From Dimorphilus gyrociliatus (lineage: Eukaryota; Animalia; Annelida): DNA of 64,000 nt. A program made the translations under genes and the position numbers. Shown here one piece after another: positions 13,573-25,932 of this stretch (its first letter is position 1; each line of letters starts with the position of its first letter). The notes beneath the pieces were generated by a model that saw only the letters and a program-made list of their open reading frames with translations, was not told the origin of the DNA and made no database searches. Location of the stretch: contig CAJFCJ010000020.1 in NCBI GenBank assembly GCA_904063045.1, forward strand, positions 1,666,916 through 1,730,915. The letters are read 5' to 3'.

Positions 13573-15824
13573 ATGGAGGTGGCTACGCATATGTTTGGCG
13601 GACGCCATGTTGAACCACTTCTACCCAACATTACTCCTTCTCTAACTATGACAAACGACGGTAAGTTTTTTTATCAACAGTCGTTGCTTTTTCCCATCGG
13701 GAACGTTCTTCCGTTTCAGTAACGCCTTTGAAAAGTGCTGCTCCGGCGAAGGAAGATCACGCCGACAACACGTCCAAGCAATGCGATCAAAGCAAGAACA
13801 ACTCAGACAGCGACAAAGCTGTAAAACAGAAACGTCATCGGACTAGATTTACACCGGCGCAATTAAACGAACTTGAAAGATGTTTTGCAAAGACTCATTA
13901 CCCAGATATTTTTATGAGAGAGGAGATTGCTCTAAGAATCGGTCTGACTGAATCGAGAGTTCAGGTTTGTACAGAATCACTATTTTATTAAAGAAAGAAA
14001 AAAAAGTAGGGCAAAGCAAAGTCGGTCTTTAATAATTAAATAGTTGTGTAAGGGAAAGAGTAACAGATTTTTATTTAAGAGAAATAACTGTGAGCATTTC
14101 TGAACCTTTCAACTTGAAAAATCGACCGAATTGCAGTAATATTTTCCATCGATGGAATATTGCGGATCGAGTGCGTGCCGTGCTGTGTGGTCTCATAATG
14201 TGCACTTTTCGTGCTGTTGGCGCCCCTGCGCCATTCACCGTGGGGCCAGCCGGTGATGGATGGTGCTCTTTCATTTGCTGCACTCATTATTCTAGCTTTC
14301 TCTTTCCCTGATATTTATTGTATATATACCGATATTATGCGTTGGCCCCCTCCCTTCCTTTATATAAGATTATTTAAATGCGGTCGGCTTTGGCAATATA
14401 TATTACATAAATTTTATATAAATATTTCTCGTTTATAAATAGTATTTATACTTGTTAATATATTTATGTATTGTTGTTAAAATACGGAAAGTAAGCCTAT
14501 TCGCTCATAGGGAAGATAAAAGAATAAGTGTTTGTATAAGCGCGTTTATTGTTGTAGATTTTTATGTAAATACGCCAAGGGTATAAAAGTCAAAAGACTT
14601 TAGTTGTTGAAAATGTGTACTAATTCCGTCTTAAACAAATGGAAGAACATTAACGCCAACGTTTGTGTACTCTCACTGTATTATCATGACGCTTGTGCGG
14701 ACGCGTTTAATTTCAAAGGATTGCTTATCGGCAGCGATGTATATGAGTGAAATGAAGAAGAGTATACTTGAAATCCCTACTGCGTCTGGCAGCAAATACA
14801 AAAGACGCGAGGGCCGTCCCTGCAATTGGCATATTCTCAGTTTTTGCGCCCAAACTTTGCCGTCGTGTCTGGCACGTGGCGTCCGCCTCGAAAAAAGGTA
14901 ATTAAGTAGGGAAGTGAGAAAGGGAGCGGGAGAAGGTATTTAATGCCGGCATTCCAATGAAGTTATCAACTCAAGGGACGCTTCCCTCGCATTCATGAGC
15001 TATTTAATGTGTATGCAAATCAGCTGTCAGCGACGGTTAATGGCTTCGCTTAATTCTTACGCTTTGTTTGTCTACGCACCACCTCTTCGTGTTTTTCAAC
15101 GCTTAAAATATTATCTTGTCAAATTAATCCCGCGTTCGACGTCCGAGGACGATCTGCAAATTTATGGCGCCCATTCCGCTAACGCCTTCAGATTGAAGTT
15201 TGATTGCCAAGCCTGATCCGCGTCGGCCATCATCTGACCCAGGGGATATTGGGGCGTTTTATATATTTTGTCTATCAACAGTTTTTCCATTTCTTCAGGT
15301 TTGGTTCCAGAATAGACGAGCTAAATGGAAGAAGCGCAAGAAGACAACCAACGTTTTTAGGACGCCTGGAGCTTTACTTCCTTCAGCCGGTCTCTCGCCT
15401 TTCTCGATGCACGATTCTATCTTTCCAGCTCCCCCACCACCAACCGATGCTCGGTGGGGTGCAGCTCCCTTTCAGACGACTTTACCACCGATGAATGGAA
15501 CCTGTGGTGGATCACCAATGCCTCCTCCACCTCCAACGGCTGTTTATAATCAATATCCGGTCGTCTCGCAATGTCCCGATTTGACGTCATGCGCATCACC
15601 CACTCAAGGCGTTCATTCCGATCCAACGTCGCTAGTGGTTAGTTTTGTTTTTCATTTTCGATTACAAGCTGAAAGCCAATTCGGTCGGTGATAAATCGCT
15701 AGATTTCATTTTTCTTTCTATTTCTTTTCTACAGTGCGACGCCTGGAGAGGCTCTAGTATCGCACAATTGCGCAGGAAAGCCTTGGAACATAGTGCATCG
15801 ATGGGTCACAGTGGATTTCGTTAG
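13573..15824 (+). CDS. otp: Orthopedia PRD-class homeobox; exons 13573-13660, 13720-13964, 15300-15637, 15735-15824
   Basis: Homeodomain [47 protein letters not shown]|[15 protein letters not shown], the Otp-specific [13 protein letters not shown], and a C-terminal OAR motif [15 protein letters not shown]. Confidence 0.97.
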
Positions 15825-15848
15825 TTGATGTAAAGAAAACAAGAATAA

Positions 15849-15902
15849 GAAAAGAAAAGAAAAGAAAAGAAAAGAAAAGAAAAGAAAAGAAAAGAAAAGA
15901 AA
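15849..15902 (+). repeat. (GAAAA)n pentanucleotide microsatellite, about 10-11 copies, in the otp 3' UTR
   Basis: Directly visible tandem GAAAA array. Confidence 0.95.
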
Positions 15903-16292
15903 GAAAAAGAAGATTATTCTTAAAAAAAAATTAACGGACTCTAAGTATTGTTTTGTCTCTAGTCGTGTTTTCCAATATATCTATAGGAGTTTAAAAAGAA
16001 AGAGTAATAAAGCTTTATTATGAAAGCATTTTGTATATAAAAGTATACAAAGGAAAGCTTGCCAGTTCTATATTTAAATAATTTATATGGAAAAAATATT
16101 CTTATTACATTAATACGTAGTGGAATAAAAGCAAATAATCAAGGATTAAATGGATACATTTAGAGATTAAGGATCTTGCCTTAACCTTTGACATATGCCA
16201 TTTTTTTTCGGTGGCATCTAAGCCGCTGTTGATTCTATATTGCTTAGATCGAGATTGAAAATGCTAACAAAAAAATATTCATTATACGCGTT

Positions 16293-16603
16293 CACACAGA
16301 TGGCGCGCCTTGAAGTAGAAGAAGAAGCATGATTTAAAGAAATGCGGGTAGAGGGGGACGAAAAATCCGTAAGATGGCGCTATTATATTAAATTACTTAT
16401 GGGGTAATAAAAATCTTTCATTTTTTAAGGACAATTAATAAATGGCACTTATAGTACTTTAATAATGAATTTTATCTATTTCCGCTATGATTTACGCTTC
16501 GCTTTACGTTCCGCCTTTTCAAATTTTGCTTTTTTTTTCTCGCTTTGTTAACTCTTACTTTGTTAAAGAGAAAAAAGTTGTAAAATCAGACGACATCTAT
16601 CGG
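16293..16603. promoter_or_regulatory. Cluster of three CTCF-like (or YY1-like) motifs between otp and the transportin-like gene
   Basis: CACACAGATGGCGC at 16293-16306 (+), CCGTAAGATGGCGC at 16367-16380 (+), CCGATAGATGTCGT at 16603-16590 (-). Compared by eye with CCASYAGRKGGCRS. Confidence 0.4.
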
Positions 16604-16663
16604 CCGTCGGCATAGTGATGTTGTCAACAATACTACACAAATAGTGCTATATGAAAATTCGAC

Positions 16664-18877
16664 ATGCCGGTAGCTTTAAGTACATTGAAGAATAAAGATT
16701 GGGAAGGCGCCGGTCCAATTCTCAAGGAATATTATGAAAATATACAGTCTGGAAGCAAATTGGAAGAAGACGATTTAGACGCTTGTGTCGACGCTACCAA
16801 GCATTATTCATTAGAAATTCGATCTCTGGCCCTCCGACTACTCTCTTATCAATACCAAAAGAATGTTAACGATGAACATGTGATTAAGAGCATTGTGAAG
16901 TCCCTAAGAGGACCAAATTTATTAGATCTGCGAATAGATACTCCAGAAAAGGAAAGTGAGGACAATAATCCTTACGTCCTGCTTCACAATAACTTGACAT
17001 TATCGATTGGATTATTGCAAGAACACGCAGCCGATCACTTAATGCCAATTTTCAAGCCAGTTGCTTTATATATTGCAAACAGCTTAAAGAGTAATATTCT
17101 TCAAATTCGCCTGGGTGCTGTCAACTATCTAAGGCAATTACAGAATCCTCCTGTACCTTCGCAGTGTTTGTCCCAATGGAGTAGTGCTTTTCTATCAGTT
17201 CTCGATCAAGTTATCCCATCATTGATAGACAACATAGCGTATGCCGATGATTTGGTTGAGTATACGATAAATTCTAATATTTCGTTAAATGATATTGAAC
17301 CGCCAAAAAACATCAATGACTTGAGTAATTTAAGGAATTGGTCAGCCCTAGCCTTCGAGAATTTAGCCAGTCTCTTGCAAACCGATGTAGCTTTAGCAGC
17401 CAAAGGTCCTATCTCTTCTGGACTAACGTCAAGAGATTGGAAGAAGACTGAAGCATCTCTTCTAGTGACGGCCGCTTTTTGCCAAAGTGTCTCTTCCCGC
17501 CAGCCACGAGTAATGAAAGACATCTACGATTTAGCTTTATCAACTGCTGGTCAAGCTTTAGCTTCTACCGATCCTCTATTAAAAGCAGGGTGTTGTTTTG
17601 CTCTCCAAACATTGCATTGTTGTAAGGCGGACCAAAAGACAAATAGTGAATGGTGGACCAAGTTAATGAAAGCATCACCAAGTTTATTGTCAGATCACTG
17701 TGCCGAAGTGAGGGAGAGTTCTTTACGAGCCTTAACTTCAGTGCTCGCATACGGTAATCGAGATATTAGTTCCTACGCTCAGAAATTGAGTAGTGGTCTT
17801 CGTAAATCTGAAAATTTATTTAACGGAAGTGGAAGATTCACATTTTTCGAATGCTGCGTTCATTTAGTCGCCAGATGCGGTATTCAATTCGATGATGAAG
17901 GATCGTCCTTGTTAAGGCCACTTGTCGATTATTTTCTATCTCTACAGCTCACTTCCGTACCGGTTGAAGAACTGTTATTAGTCGTTCAACCGATTTGTCT
18001 TGCTGCTATATTCAGTGGACCAGTTTTTAGCAACTATAGGGAAAGTATAGTCGTTAAAATTCAACGATTTCTGTGTCAAGATTTTAATGGTAATTGGACA
18101 AACCAAGAGGACGAAAATCGATTTATAGCAATTATCGATACAGTTAGTGCATGTCTGGAAAGCTCTACCGAACCTCTCCCATCCCTCATTACAGATAAAC
18201 TTAGTAATTGTATAATTAGAACGCTGAAGAAAGAAAATCCCGAAAATATACTCCAATCTTCCATTGCTTTTGTTGGAAATCTCTCAAGGACCAACTGGTC
18301 TGCCGTCAAGCAGCATAGTTCTGAATTAATAAAGTGTCTGGAGGACTTTTCATCAAGTTCAAATCAAGAAATTCGATCGAATTCTTATTGGACGCTTTTA
18401 TCCGTAGTAAACAATATCGACGAATGTTGCTTTGGAGAAGAATTCATTTCAAATCTGACCGAGAATATCAAAAAAAAAGAGGAAGATTTCTCATCTATGT
18501 CTCTATTGGTAACAATCTCTGAACGTTGGCCAAAAATGGGAAAAGCTCGTAGTCTTTTAACTACTCCTGATACTTTTCAAGTAATTTGTAAAAGTCTTAG
18601 AAGAGATTGGCCAAGGGAAGAAGATCGAATTCGATTAGTTGAAGGCCTATGCAAAATAATCGGTGGGAAGAATGTTAGGTGGATCAATAAAGATTGTTGG
18701 GAACATTTCTTAGTTGCTATGGCCACAATGGAAACCAAAAAAGAAACATCAGAGCGTATAAGGCAAACCCTACACGATGCCCGAGCGTCTCTAGGTAATG
18801 CGACCTGGAGTAGATTGATGCAACAGATGGGTACCAAAGGAGCATTTGCATTAAGAAAGAAATATCAATTATATTAG
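16664..18877 (+). CDS. Intronless, divergent transportin-1 (karyopherin beta-2)-like HEAT-repeat protein, 737 aa
   Basis: HEAT-like helices throughout. IPSLIDNIAY and NLRNWSALAFENLA...DWKKTEASLLVTAAFCQS align with recalled TNPO1 segments IPVLVNGMKY and NLRKCSAAALDVLA...EWVVKESGILVLGAIAEG. IRSNSYWTL resembles the importin-beta NNA(C/T)W-type motif. Confidence 0.7.
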   Translation: MPVALSTLKNKDWEGAGPILKEYYENIQSGSKLEEDDLDACVDATKHYSLEIRSLALRLLSYQYQKNVNDEHVIKSIVKSLRGPNLLDLRIDTPEKESEDNNPYVLLHNNLTLSIGLLQEHAADHLMPIFKPVALYIANSLKSNILQIRLGAVNYLRQLQNPPVPSQCLSQWSSAFLSVLDQVIPSLIDNIAYADDLVEYTINSNISLNDIEPPKNINDLSNLRNWSALAFENLASLLQTDVALAAKGPISSGLTSRDWKKTEASLLVTAAFCQSVSSRQPRVMKDIYDLALSTAGQALASTDPLLKAGCCFALQTLHCCKADQKTNSEWWTKLMKASPSLLSDHCAEVRESSLRALTSVLAYGNRDISSYAQKLSSGLRKSENLFNGSGRFTFFECCVHLVARCGIQFDDEGSSLLRPLVDYFLSLQLTSVPVEELLLVVQPICLAAIFSGPVFSNYRESIVVKIQRFLCQDFNGNWTNQEDENRFIAIIDTVSACLESSTEPLPSLITDKLSNCIIRTLKKENPENILQSSIAFVGNLSRTNWSAVKQHSSELIKCLEDFSSSSNQEIRSNSYWTLLSVVNNIDECCFGEEFISNLTENIKKKEEDFSSMSLLVTISERWPKMGKARSLLTTPDTFQVICKSLRRDWPREEDRIRLVEGLCKIIGGKNVRWINKDCWEHFLVAMATMETKKETSERIRQTLHDARASLGNATWSRLMQQMGTKGAFALRKKYQLY

Positions 18878-19229
18878 ATTGTGTTCAAATTGTTGAATAA
18901 TTTGAATAAAAGCATAAAAACTATTTATAAAACAGAAATAAATATGCATAGACTTGTAATATAGTCACAGCTGCCTACGTGATCAATGCCATGTTTGAAT
19001 GACTTATAGGCCATTTTATAGAAGGCTCATACCTTCTACTATTAGGTCTATCACTATGCATAGATAAGTGGAGTAGAAAACTACGTGCGGTCGTATTAAA
19101 AATATTTTCACTCCTCTATATCATTTATAATCTTTGGCCGATTAAGAGAAAGACTTAGTCAGACTGACCGATCGAACGACCTTTATCTTATCTCAATCTC
19201 TTTCACTCTGAAGTCTGAAATGTGCAGAA

Positions 19230-20977
19230 ATGTCCAAGCTTCTCTATGGTATCGTCTTCGCTCTCGCTTTTATCCTTGTGTCTGCTAACATAGGGTATGA
19301 GCTGATTGATGCTGTATCCACCTGGAATCTATCTAATTACATTAAAATATTCAAGTCATTTGGGAAGAGGATTGTCCAATTTGATATGTTTACCGTTTTA
19401 CTCACAGGAGGGATTATTGGAGTATTATATGTTGTTTTAAAATGGCTATACCAATTATTATTTGTACCGATGAATCGAGTTAGATTAATTGAAGAAGTCG
19501 GCTATATTAGGGAGGTAGATAGGATGTCCAAGAAGGATATGGCAAATCTTGTTCAAAAACGAAAAAATATGGGTAAACCACCACCAGTTTACCCGAATGG
19601 TTGGTTTGCCGTTGCCGAATCAAGAGATTTGAAGAAAGGGGAATCAAAAAGCTATTCCATCTTAGGTGATCTTTACGTAACAAATAAAAATCTTTATCTT
19701 ATCAGAGTGTCTTGGTAATTTCTTAACTAAAAGTTCTACTTTTTTTCTAGGTCTTGATTTAGCTGTATTCAGGGGAGCTGATGGACGTGCTCACGTAATT
19801 GATGCTTATTGCCCTCATCTAGGTGCTAACTTCGCAATTGGTGGAAGAGTATTCGATAATTGTATTGAATGTCCTTTTCACGGTTGGAGGTTTAGTGGAG
19901 ACGATGGTAAATGCAAAAAAATTCCCTATTCTTCGAAAAGTATGCTATTATTTACTATGAAAATGTACAGTATAGTTATAATCTCTTTGTGTTTAGTACC
20001 CGAAACTGCAAGAGTCAAGGCTTATAATACATTAGAGCTGAACGGTTTTATTTACGTTTGGTATCATGCTGAAGGAATTGAACCAACATGGCAACCACCA
20101 GAAATAGAAGAGATTACAAAAGGACAACTCGTATTTGGGGGTAGAAGTGAACATTACATCAATGCTCATATAGAAGTAAGTTATTGCGCAATATTTTTTA
20201 TCGTGTTTTCTTAGAGTTCCATTTAAACTTGGCCATTCATTAAGGCCACGAATACGAGATCTCATCTAATTTTAGAATATATTATGCTGAGTAGCCTAAA
20301 GAATTGCCCCAGTTGAGGCCCGTCCTTGGCCTAATATTAAGCAAATAGCAAGTGAAAATTCCTTTTCTGTACTTTCACATTTATTTCTATAGGAAGTTCC
20401 CGAAAATGGAGCGGACATTTCTCATCTTGCACAAGTTCATGGCCCGATTATGGCGGCAGGCGTTGATTTGAGAGATACGTATAATAGAATATGGGAATTT
20501 GGAAAGCACGAATGGGCTGGAGAATGGAAGCAGTTACCAGAAGGTCATATTGGTCAATTAAATTTGACCCATGGCCTTAAACTTTTCGGCGTCCACATCC
20601 CAGTTTTAGACATGAAAGTGCAAGCAAATCAAATAGGTCCTGGAATAGTCTATTTAACTTTTGAATCGTCCATATTTGGAAAAGGCTGCTACCTCCAATC
20701 CCTAGCCCCAGTAGAGCCAATGAAACAAAAAATTGTACATCAGGTTTATATGCATTGGAGTGTTCCAATGTGTATTCGTAAATTCTTCCTCCTCGGAGAA
20801 GCTATTCAAATTGAAAGAGATATTATGATTTGGAATAATAAAAAGTATGAGTCCAAGCCAGTTCTTACGGGTACAATGGAAGATCAAATGCTTGCCAAAC
20901 ATAGAAGATGGTATAAGCAGTTTTATTCAGAAAACAGTCCAACACTTCACCAATCAAAGAAAGACTTAAGCTGGTGA
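19230..20977 (+). CDS. nvd: Cholesterol 7-desaturase neverland/daf-36 (Rieske oxygenase); exons 19230-19665, 19751-19939, 19997-20175, 20393-20977
   Basis: N-terminal TM segment, PPVYPNGWF, Rieske motif [10 protein letters not shown]...[11 protein letters not shown], mononuclear Fe motif [16 protein letters not shown], and C-terminal [14 protein letters not shown]...[13 protein letters not shown]. Confidence 0.95.
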
Positions 20978-23293
20978 ATAAATATTTTATTATTATTCTT
21001 TTAACAATAAACTTTGCGTGCCAACTTTTATAAAATTCGTTATAAAATTAATATCGAAACGACTCAGGTGAAACTAGCGTCACTAATTCCCCAAATTCCG
21101 AACGAAAGCGACACGTGAAAAGCGTCAGCGACGCGTAAGGCTTATCTCGATATAATTTTTCTTAAGTTTCGTTGGACGAGGGCGTTACCGAAGCGTCTAT
21201 CTGATTGAAAGAAATACCCGTAATGAATAGTGGCCGTTCGTTAAAGGTAGCACGCGTTTCGCGCCAAGCACAGTGACGGGTTATTTTCCGAAAAATGAAC
21301 AGGGAATCCGATGGAGGAGTTGGGTTCCATACTAAAAATATGAATATGTAAAAAAAGAAAGGGTAGTTGTCAAAAGTTCAAACACATACTTTTCCATTTC
21401 GCATTCGACATTAGATGGATAAGAGAGAAAGGAAAAATGATGAAATGGACGGAAGAAATGTTAAAGCAAAAAGTTTGTGATGCTTTTCTAATTTTCTAAT
21501 TTTCACTTTTTAATCTGTTTTTATATAGAGAGAGGATAAATCTTTTCTCTCTTTTGACTAGAAAAGTTTTGTAGCCAACTTTTGTAAGAGGTTATAGGTT
21601 ATCTCATTTATTTACCTCAGTCAACTTCCGTCAATTGTGTCTGTAAAGGAAAGATTCTGAAAATAACTCTTTTCTTAACTATAGTAAACATTGTTCAATT
21701 CTCAATAACTGAACATTAAGAGAAAAGGGAAGCGGAAGTTCTCAACCACAGTATCCTTATAGGTTTATAATTAAAAATTGTCCACTTTATTGTATTTCTA
21801 GCCCGCCTTATCATAATGTGGGTTTACTATCGGAAGTCTTCGATTATTCCAATATGCTTCTACGCTTTCTATTTTCATTAAATAATCAGATCTATAAATA
21901 AAAGAAGCCTTAATAAAAGACTTGTTTTTCAACTTATTAAAGGATTTAAGATATTTAATTCTTAATCAAATATACATAACAAGAGATTAATAGATTAACT
22001 CTTTGTTACAGACTTATACCAGTTTATGGTACAATCTGTCATTGTAATTGTTTTATTGATGTAAACTTTAAATAAATGATCAGATGAGTTAAAAATACTA
22101 AATATTAATTAGGCTAAAGTTACAGATGGCGGTAGTAGTTTAAACAGTACGGCACGATCATTTATCTAAAGCGCGTAAAACGTTGCGATGATATACTTTT
22201 CAACACATTATCGTGCTCTTCTAAGGTCGTCTAGATTATATAAAAAAATTATATCACAATAAAGCATCTATCAGGAAATTGATCATAAATATCTCCAAGA
22301 AAAGTGTGTTCGATTATCACTAATAAATAACATATTGATAAAAAAGACTAAATAAGGAATTATCACCTAGATTGTTTCTCTACTGTAAAGGCTACTTCTA
22401 AAACTTGATTAAAAGATATATTACATAACAATAGATATAGGCCTACGAGATCCAGTCTATATCATTATTCACTATATCAGTAATGAAATATTGATTTAAT
22501 ATAATATATAAATTAATATATTTGAATACAAATGTATTCATTATACCTATTATATACGAAAATAATAAAAAGAATATTTTATAAAATCTTTGAAATCAAT
22601 AATAAAGATCTTTTACTGATTTCTATCATTTCTGTATTGTCAGCACTTCACAAAAACTTATGGCAGGTAGCCGACGTAATTATTTATTTATTAGCATTTA
22701 TTTTTTAATACCTGTTCCCTTATCCTTAACCCTTATGTGATTCTAACGATTGATGTGCAGAGACAAAGACCAAATAGAATAAAAGTACGTAAAAGTACAT
22801 AATACCCGCCCCATTAGCGATATTGCATAAGAGAGTGCGTCCTCTTGTATTTCGTGGCGAGAGAATCGTGAACGAAACATTTGAATAAGCGTAAATTAAG
22901 TGATTATGTAATTGCGTTAAATCATGTTCCCTTTTACGATTAAAAGTCCCACGCGACCGGCGTGTGCAAACATTAAGATGGAACGTTGAAGATAACACCT
23001 TAGGTTATCATCGTTTGACCTAGATTAAAAAAGGAAACTATATGTATGTAATAGGAAGTTCGACATATTTGTTTGGTCTTTTATAATTTAGTAATTCGAA
23101 AGTTCGATATTCGATAAGAGAAGATGACTATATCGCGTGTTAACACTTAAAGACGGCCTCCAGTACTTAGGAGGGAAGCTCTTACTTTGCAAATATAATT
23201 TATTTGCTCTCTCGACCTGTCTACATAATATAACAAGTATATTTCTATACCACTTCAAATAAAGTTTTACATCTTATAATTATATGCTAGCAC

Positions 23294-23391
23294 GGTCCAA
23301 TCAGCGTACAGCTATTAAAAGTCCCGTCCAATGAGGGTAATGGGCGTGGTTAACTGGTCGATTTCCGATCGGAAGCACTCCAAGTATAAAA
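23294..23391 (+). promoter_or_regulatory. Core promoter of gcm: two CCAAT boxes, a GC box and a TATA box
   Basis: CCAAT at about 23297 and 23327, GGGCGTGG at 23342-23349, TATAAAA at 23385-23391, about 45 bp before the ATG at 23435. Confidence 0.55.
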
Positions 23392-23434
23392 TGGAAAGGC
23401 AAATGCAACTCTTCTGGTAAACCGTAACGGAAAG

Positions 23435-25697
23435 ATGACTTTATCGGATGAAATTTGTAAACCTGTAACTAGTCCTAATACTATTCATCGAGAGGTTCTA
23501 AACTCTCGTCACCAATGGGATATTAATGATAATATTTTACCAACGGTAAGATAAATTGCTTAGTCTGTCAGCATAAATTAGCTATTACATAAAGATTCTT
23601 TAACGAGAAGCAGTTGAAAGGCGTATAAATATGTAAATTATATAAAGTTCACAGTGGCGGTTTTTGCGGTTTTTTAAAATTGAGTTTGATAATATTTGAA
23701 GAAAGAAATAATAAATATGCTAAAGGAGTTGCATTTACGAGTTATTTATCAATCGACGCCTCGATAAACACGTGACCCAAAACACGAACGTTGTCACCTC
23801 TTATCTTATCGAACTTCCGAAAAGTCAATAGAACGCCGTTATAAAACAAAGAAGACGTTTTTAATTTGGTTGAGCCTTCTAAGTAGCCAGTAAACAACTT
23901 TGCACCTGCCCCAATCTGGACGCTTTGTTTTTCAAAGTAGAATTGGACATTGGTATCTTCTTTTATTTGCATCTAATGCATAGCCAGGAGCGTGTTGACT
24001 TTTCATTATATCCGTATATGGACAGGGCTCTAATCGCCTGAATGTGTGGGTGAAAGGCGCGAAAGCATCGACTTAGGCGAGCGCGATACTATTAAGTTAA
24101 TGTTTTAACACCGCTTCGTGCGCCTTTGAAGCGTCTCGTGATGTAAGCTGGGAACTTGTAACAGGTGTCACGAGTCTCCGACCCCCAGACCTCTCCTTCT
24201 TCTCTCTCTGCTGGACGTAATACTGGCGAGTTAAACAATGCCGCGTTCCCTAAATTCTTTCTTAAATACAGCTTTTATACTTTAATCCCCATATCCTTTT
24301 CTTTTTTGTTTTTCAGATTTCGGAATTTGATTCTTTTCAAGAGTGGCCAAATGGACACGCTCGCTATGTCTATCCAGCCGATGTTGAAGACGCTAGGCGT
24401 CACACATCGGGATGGGCAATGCGAAATACCAATAATCATAATGTAAATATATTAAAAAAGAGTTGTCTTGGAGTTTTGGTTTGTTCTAAGCGTTGTGTAT
24501 TGGAGAATGATGAAAAAGTACACATGAGACCAGCCATATGCGATAAGGCAAGAAAGAAGCAGATAAGTGAGTATGAGTTTTAAATTTAGAGGAGTAGGCC
24601 TATTAGCTTGACGCATTCCATTCCGGCAATAAAAAGGAAAGGGTGAATGAATGGAGAAACACGCGAAAATTCAATTGACGCGTGATTTTTTTTGAGAAAA
24701 TCAATTAAAAAGACGGGTCTAGTCCGCCCAGCTACGACACTGATTGATTATTTGTATCTGTTTCTCTTCGAAAATAGACAAGACTTGCCCGAATCCTAGA
24801 TGTGGGGGTCGATTGGAGCTGATGGCCTGCCGAGGACATTGTGGTTATCCAGTAACACACTTTTGGAGACAATCAAATGGAATCATCTTCTTTCAAGCCA
24901 AAGGAATTCATGATCACCCACAGCCTGAGGCCAAGTCATCCGCCGAGGCACGTAGACATAGTTCATCGTGTTTGACAAAGGAGAATAGGCAACCTCGTCT
25001 GGTGATGGCTCTTTTTCTTTTCTATATTTCGATTTTATATTGTCTCGTTTCAATTTCTATAAAAAACCTTCCGAAGAGAGGAAATATAACTAATTATTCA
25101 TCGACTTAACAGGCTATTAGAAGGATGAATAGTCCAAAGAAAAGAGCGTCAACGGAGCCAATTCCACCACCAATCCCACCCACATCCCTCCCGCCGACTT
25201 TTGACTGTGTACCTCATAATACTGCTCGGTTCTTCGAGCCGACTTTTCCAGCCGATTTCGACGTTGCGAATCATACCTATCCAACATTACGACAATACGA
25301 AAATCCGCCTCAATATACGGAATACCAGCATCAAACTAATCATAACGTACCAGCAGAACAGTATTGTCCGCAAATTTTCAATCCAATTCAGGAAAATACC
25401 TACAATCCCCCTAACGGCTCGATTGATTTATGCTCCTTTAACGATCCATCAGAATTCATTCAATTCCCTAATAAGCGACCAAATGAAGATATGATGTCTT
25501 TTTGCCCAGCATATGCTCAGACCAACCTAAAAACTAGTCCGCCACCACAAAGTTCAAATTCATACGTGGAGCTGCAACCTCCCGTTACAACTAACCTTGA
25601 TCTGTTTGCCGCACCATATTCAACCCTTAGATACATATCCGGAGATGTTGGCGAATACAATCCCTTCCTTCCGACATTTGGATATGCAAATCAATAG
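23435..25697 (+). CDS. gcm: Glial cells missing transcription factor; exons 23435-23545, 24317-24566, 24778-25001, 25113-25697
   Basis: GCM domain: WDIND..LP|..[14 protein letters not shown]...[25 protein letters not shown]...[12 protein letters not shown]|..[23 protein letters not shown]...[17 protein letters not shown]. Pro/Gln-rich C-terminal activation region. Confidence 0.96.
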
Positions 25698-25932
25698 GAA
25701 AAGAGAAGATAGAGAAGAAGAACGGAGAACAAGAAAAAAGAACTATATTACAATTTCGCTACACTTGACTAAATTAATTTATTTGTTTCTCTTTTTCAAT
25801 AAGTGTCATTTATATGAAAAACATAGATAAATTCTTGTTTTTAGAGATATTGTTATCATATTTCTATATTTTTTCTCTATAAAAAATGGACCAGTAGTAG
25901 CCCTAAGGACTTTTCTTCGAGTTTCTAAATCG

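Noticed and set aside
13569-13580. TGTCATGGAG resembling the 5' end of miR-281
   Set aside because: It overlaps the otp start codon, diverges after 10 nt and has no precursor hairpin.
14071-14438. Overlapping ORFs on both strands and a small hairpin (CCATTCACCG...CGGTGATGG) in otp intron 2
   Set aside because: Explained by a local GC-rich patch. The stem of about 9 bp is too short for a pre-miRNA and no frame-compatible splice sites were found; more likely an enhancer.
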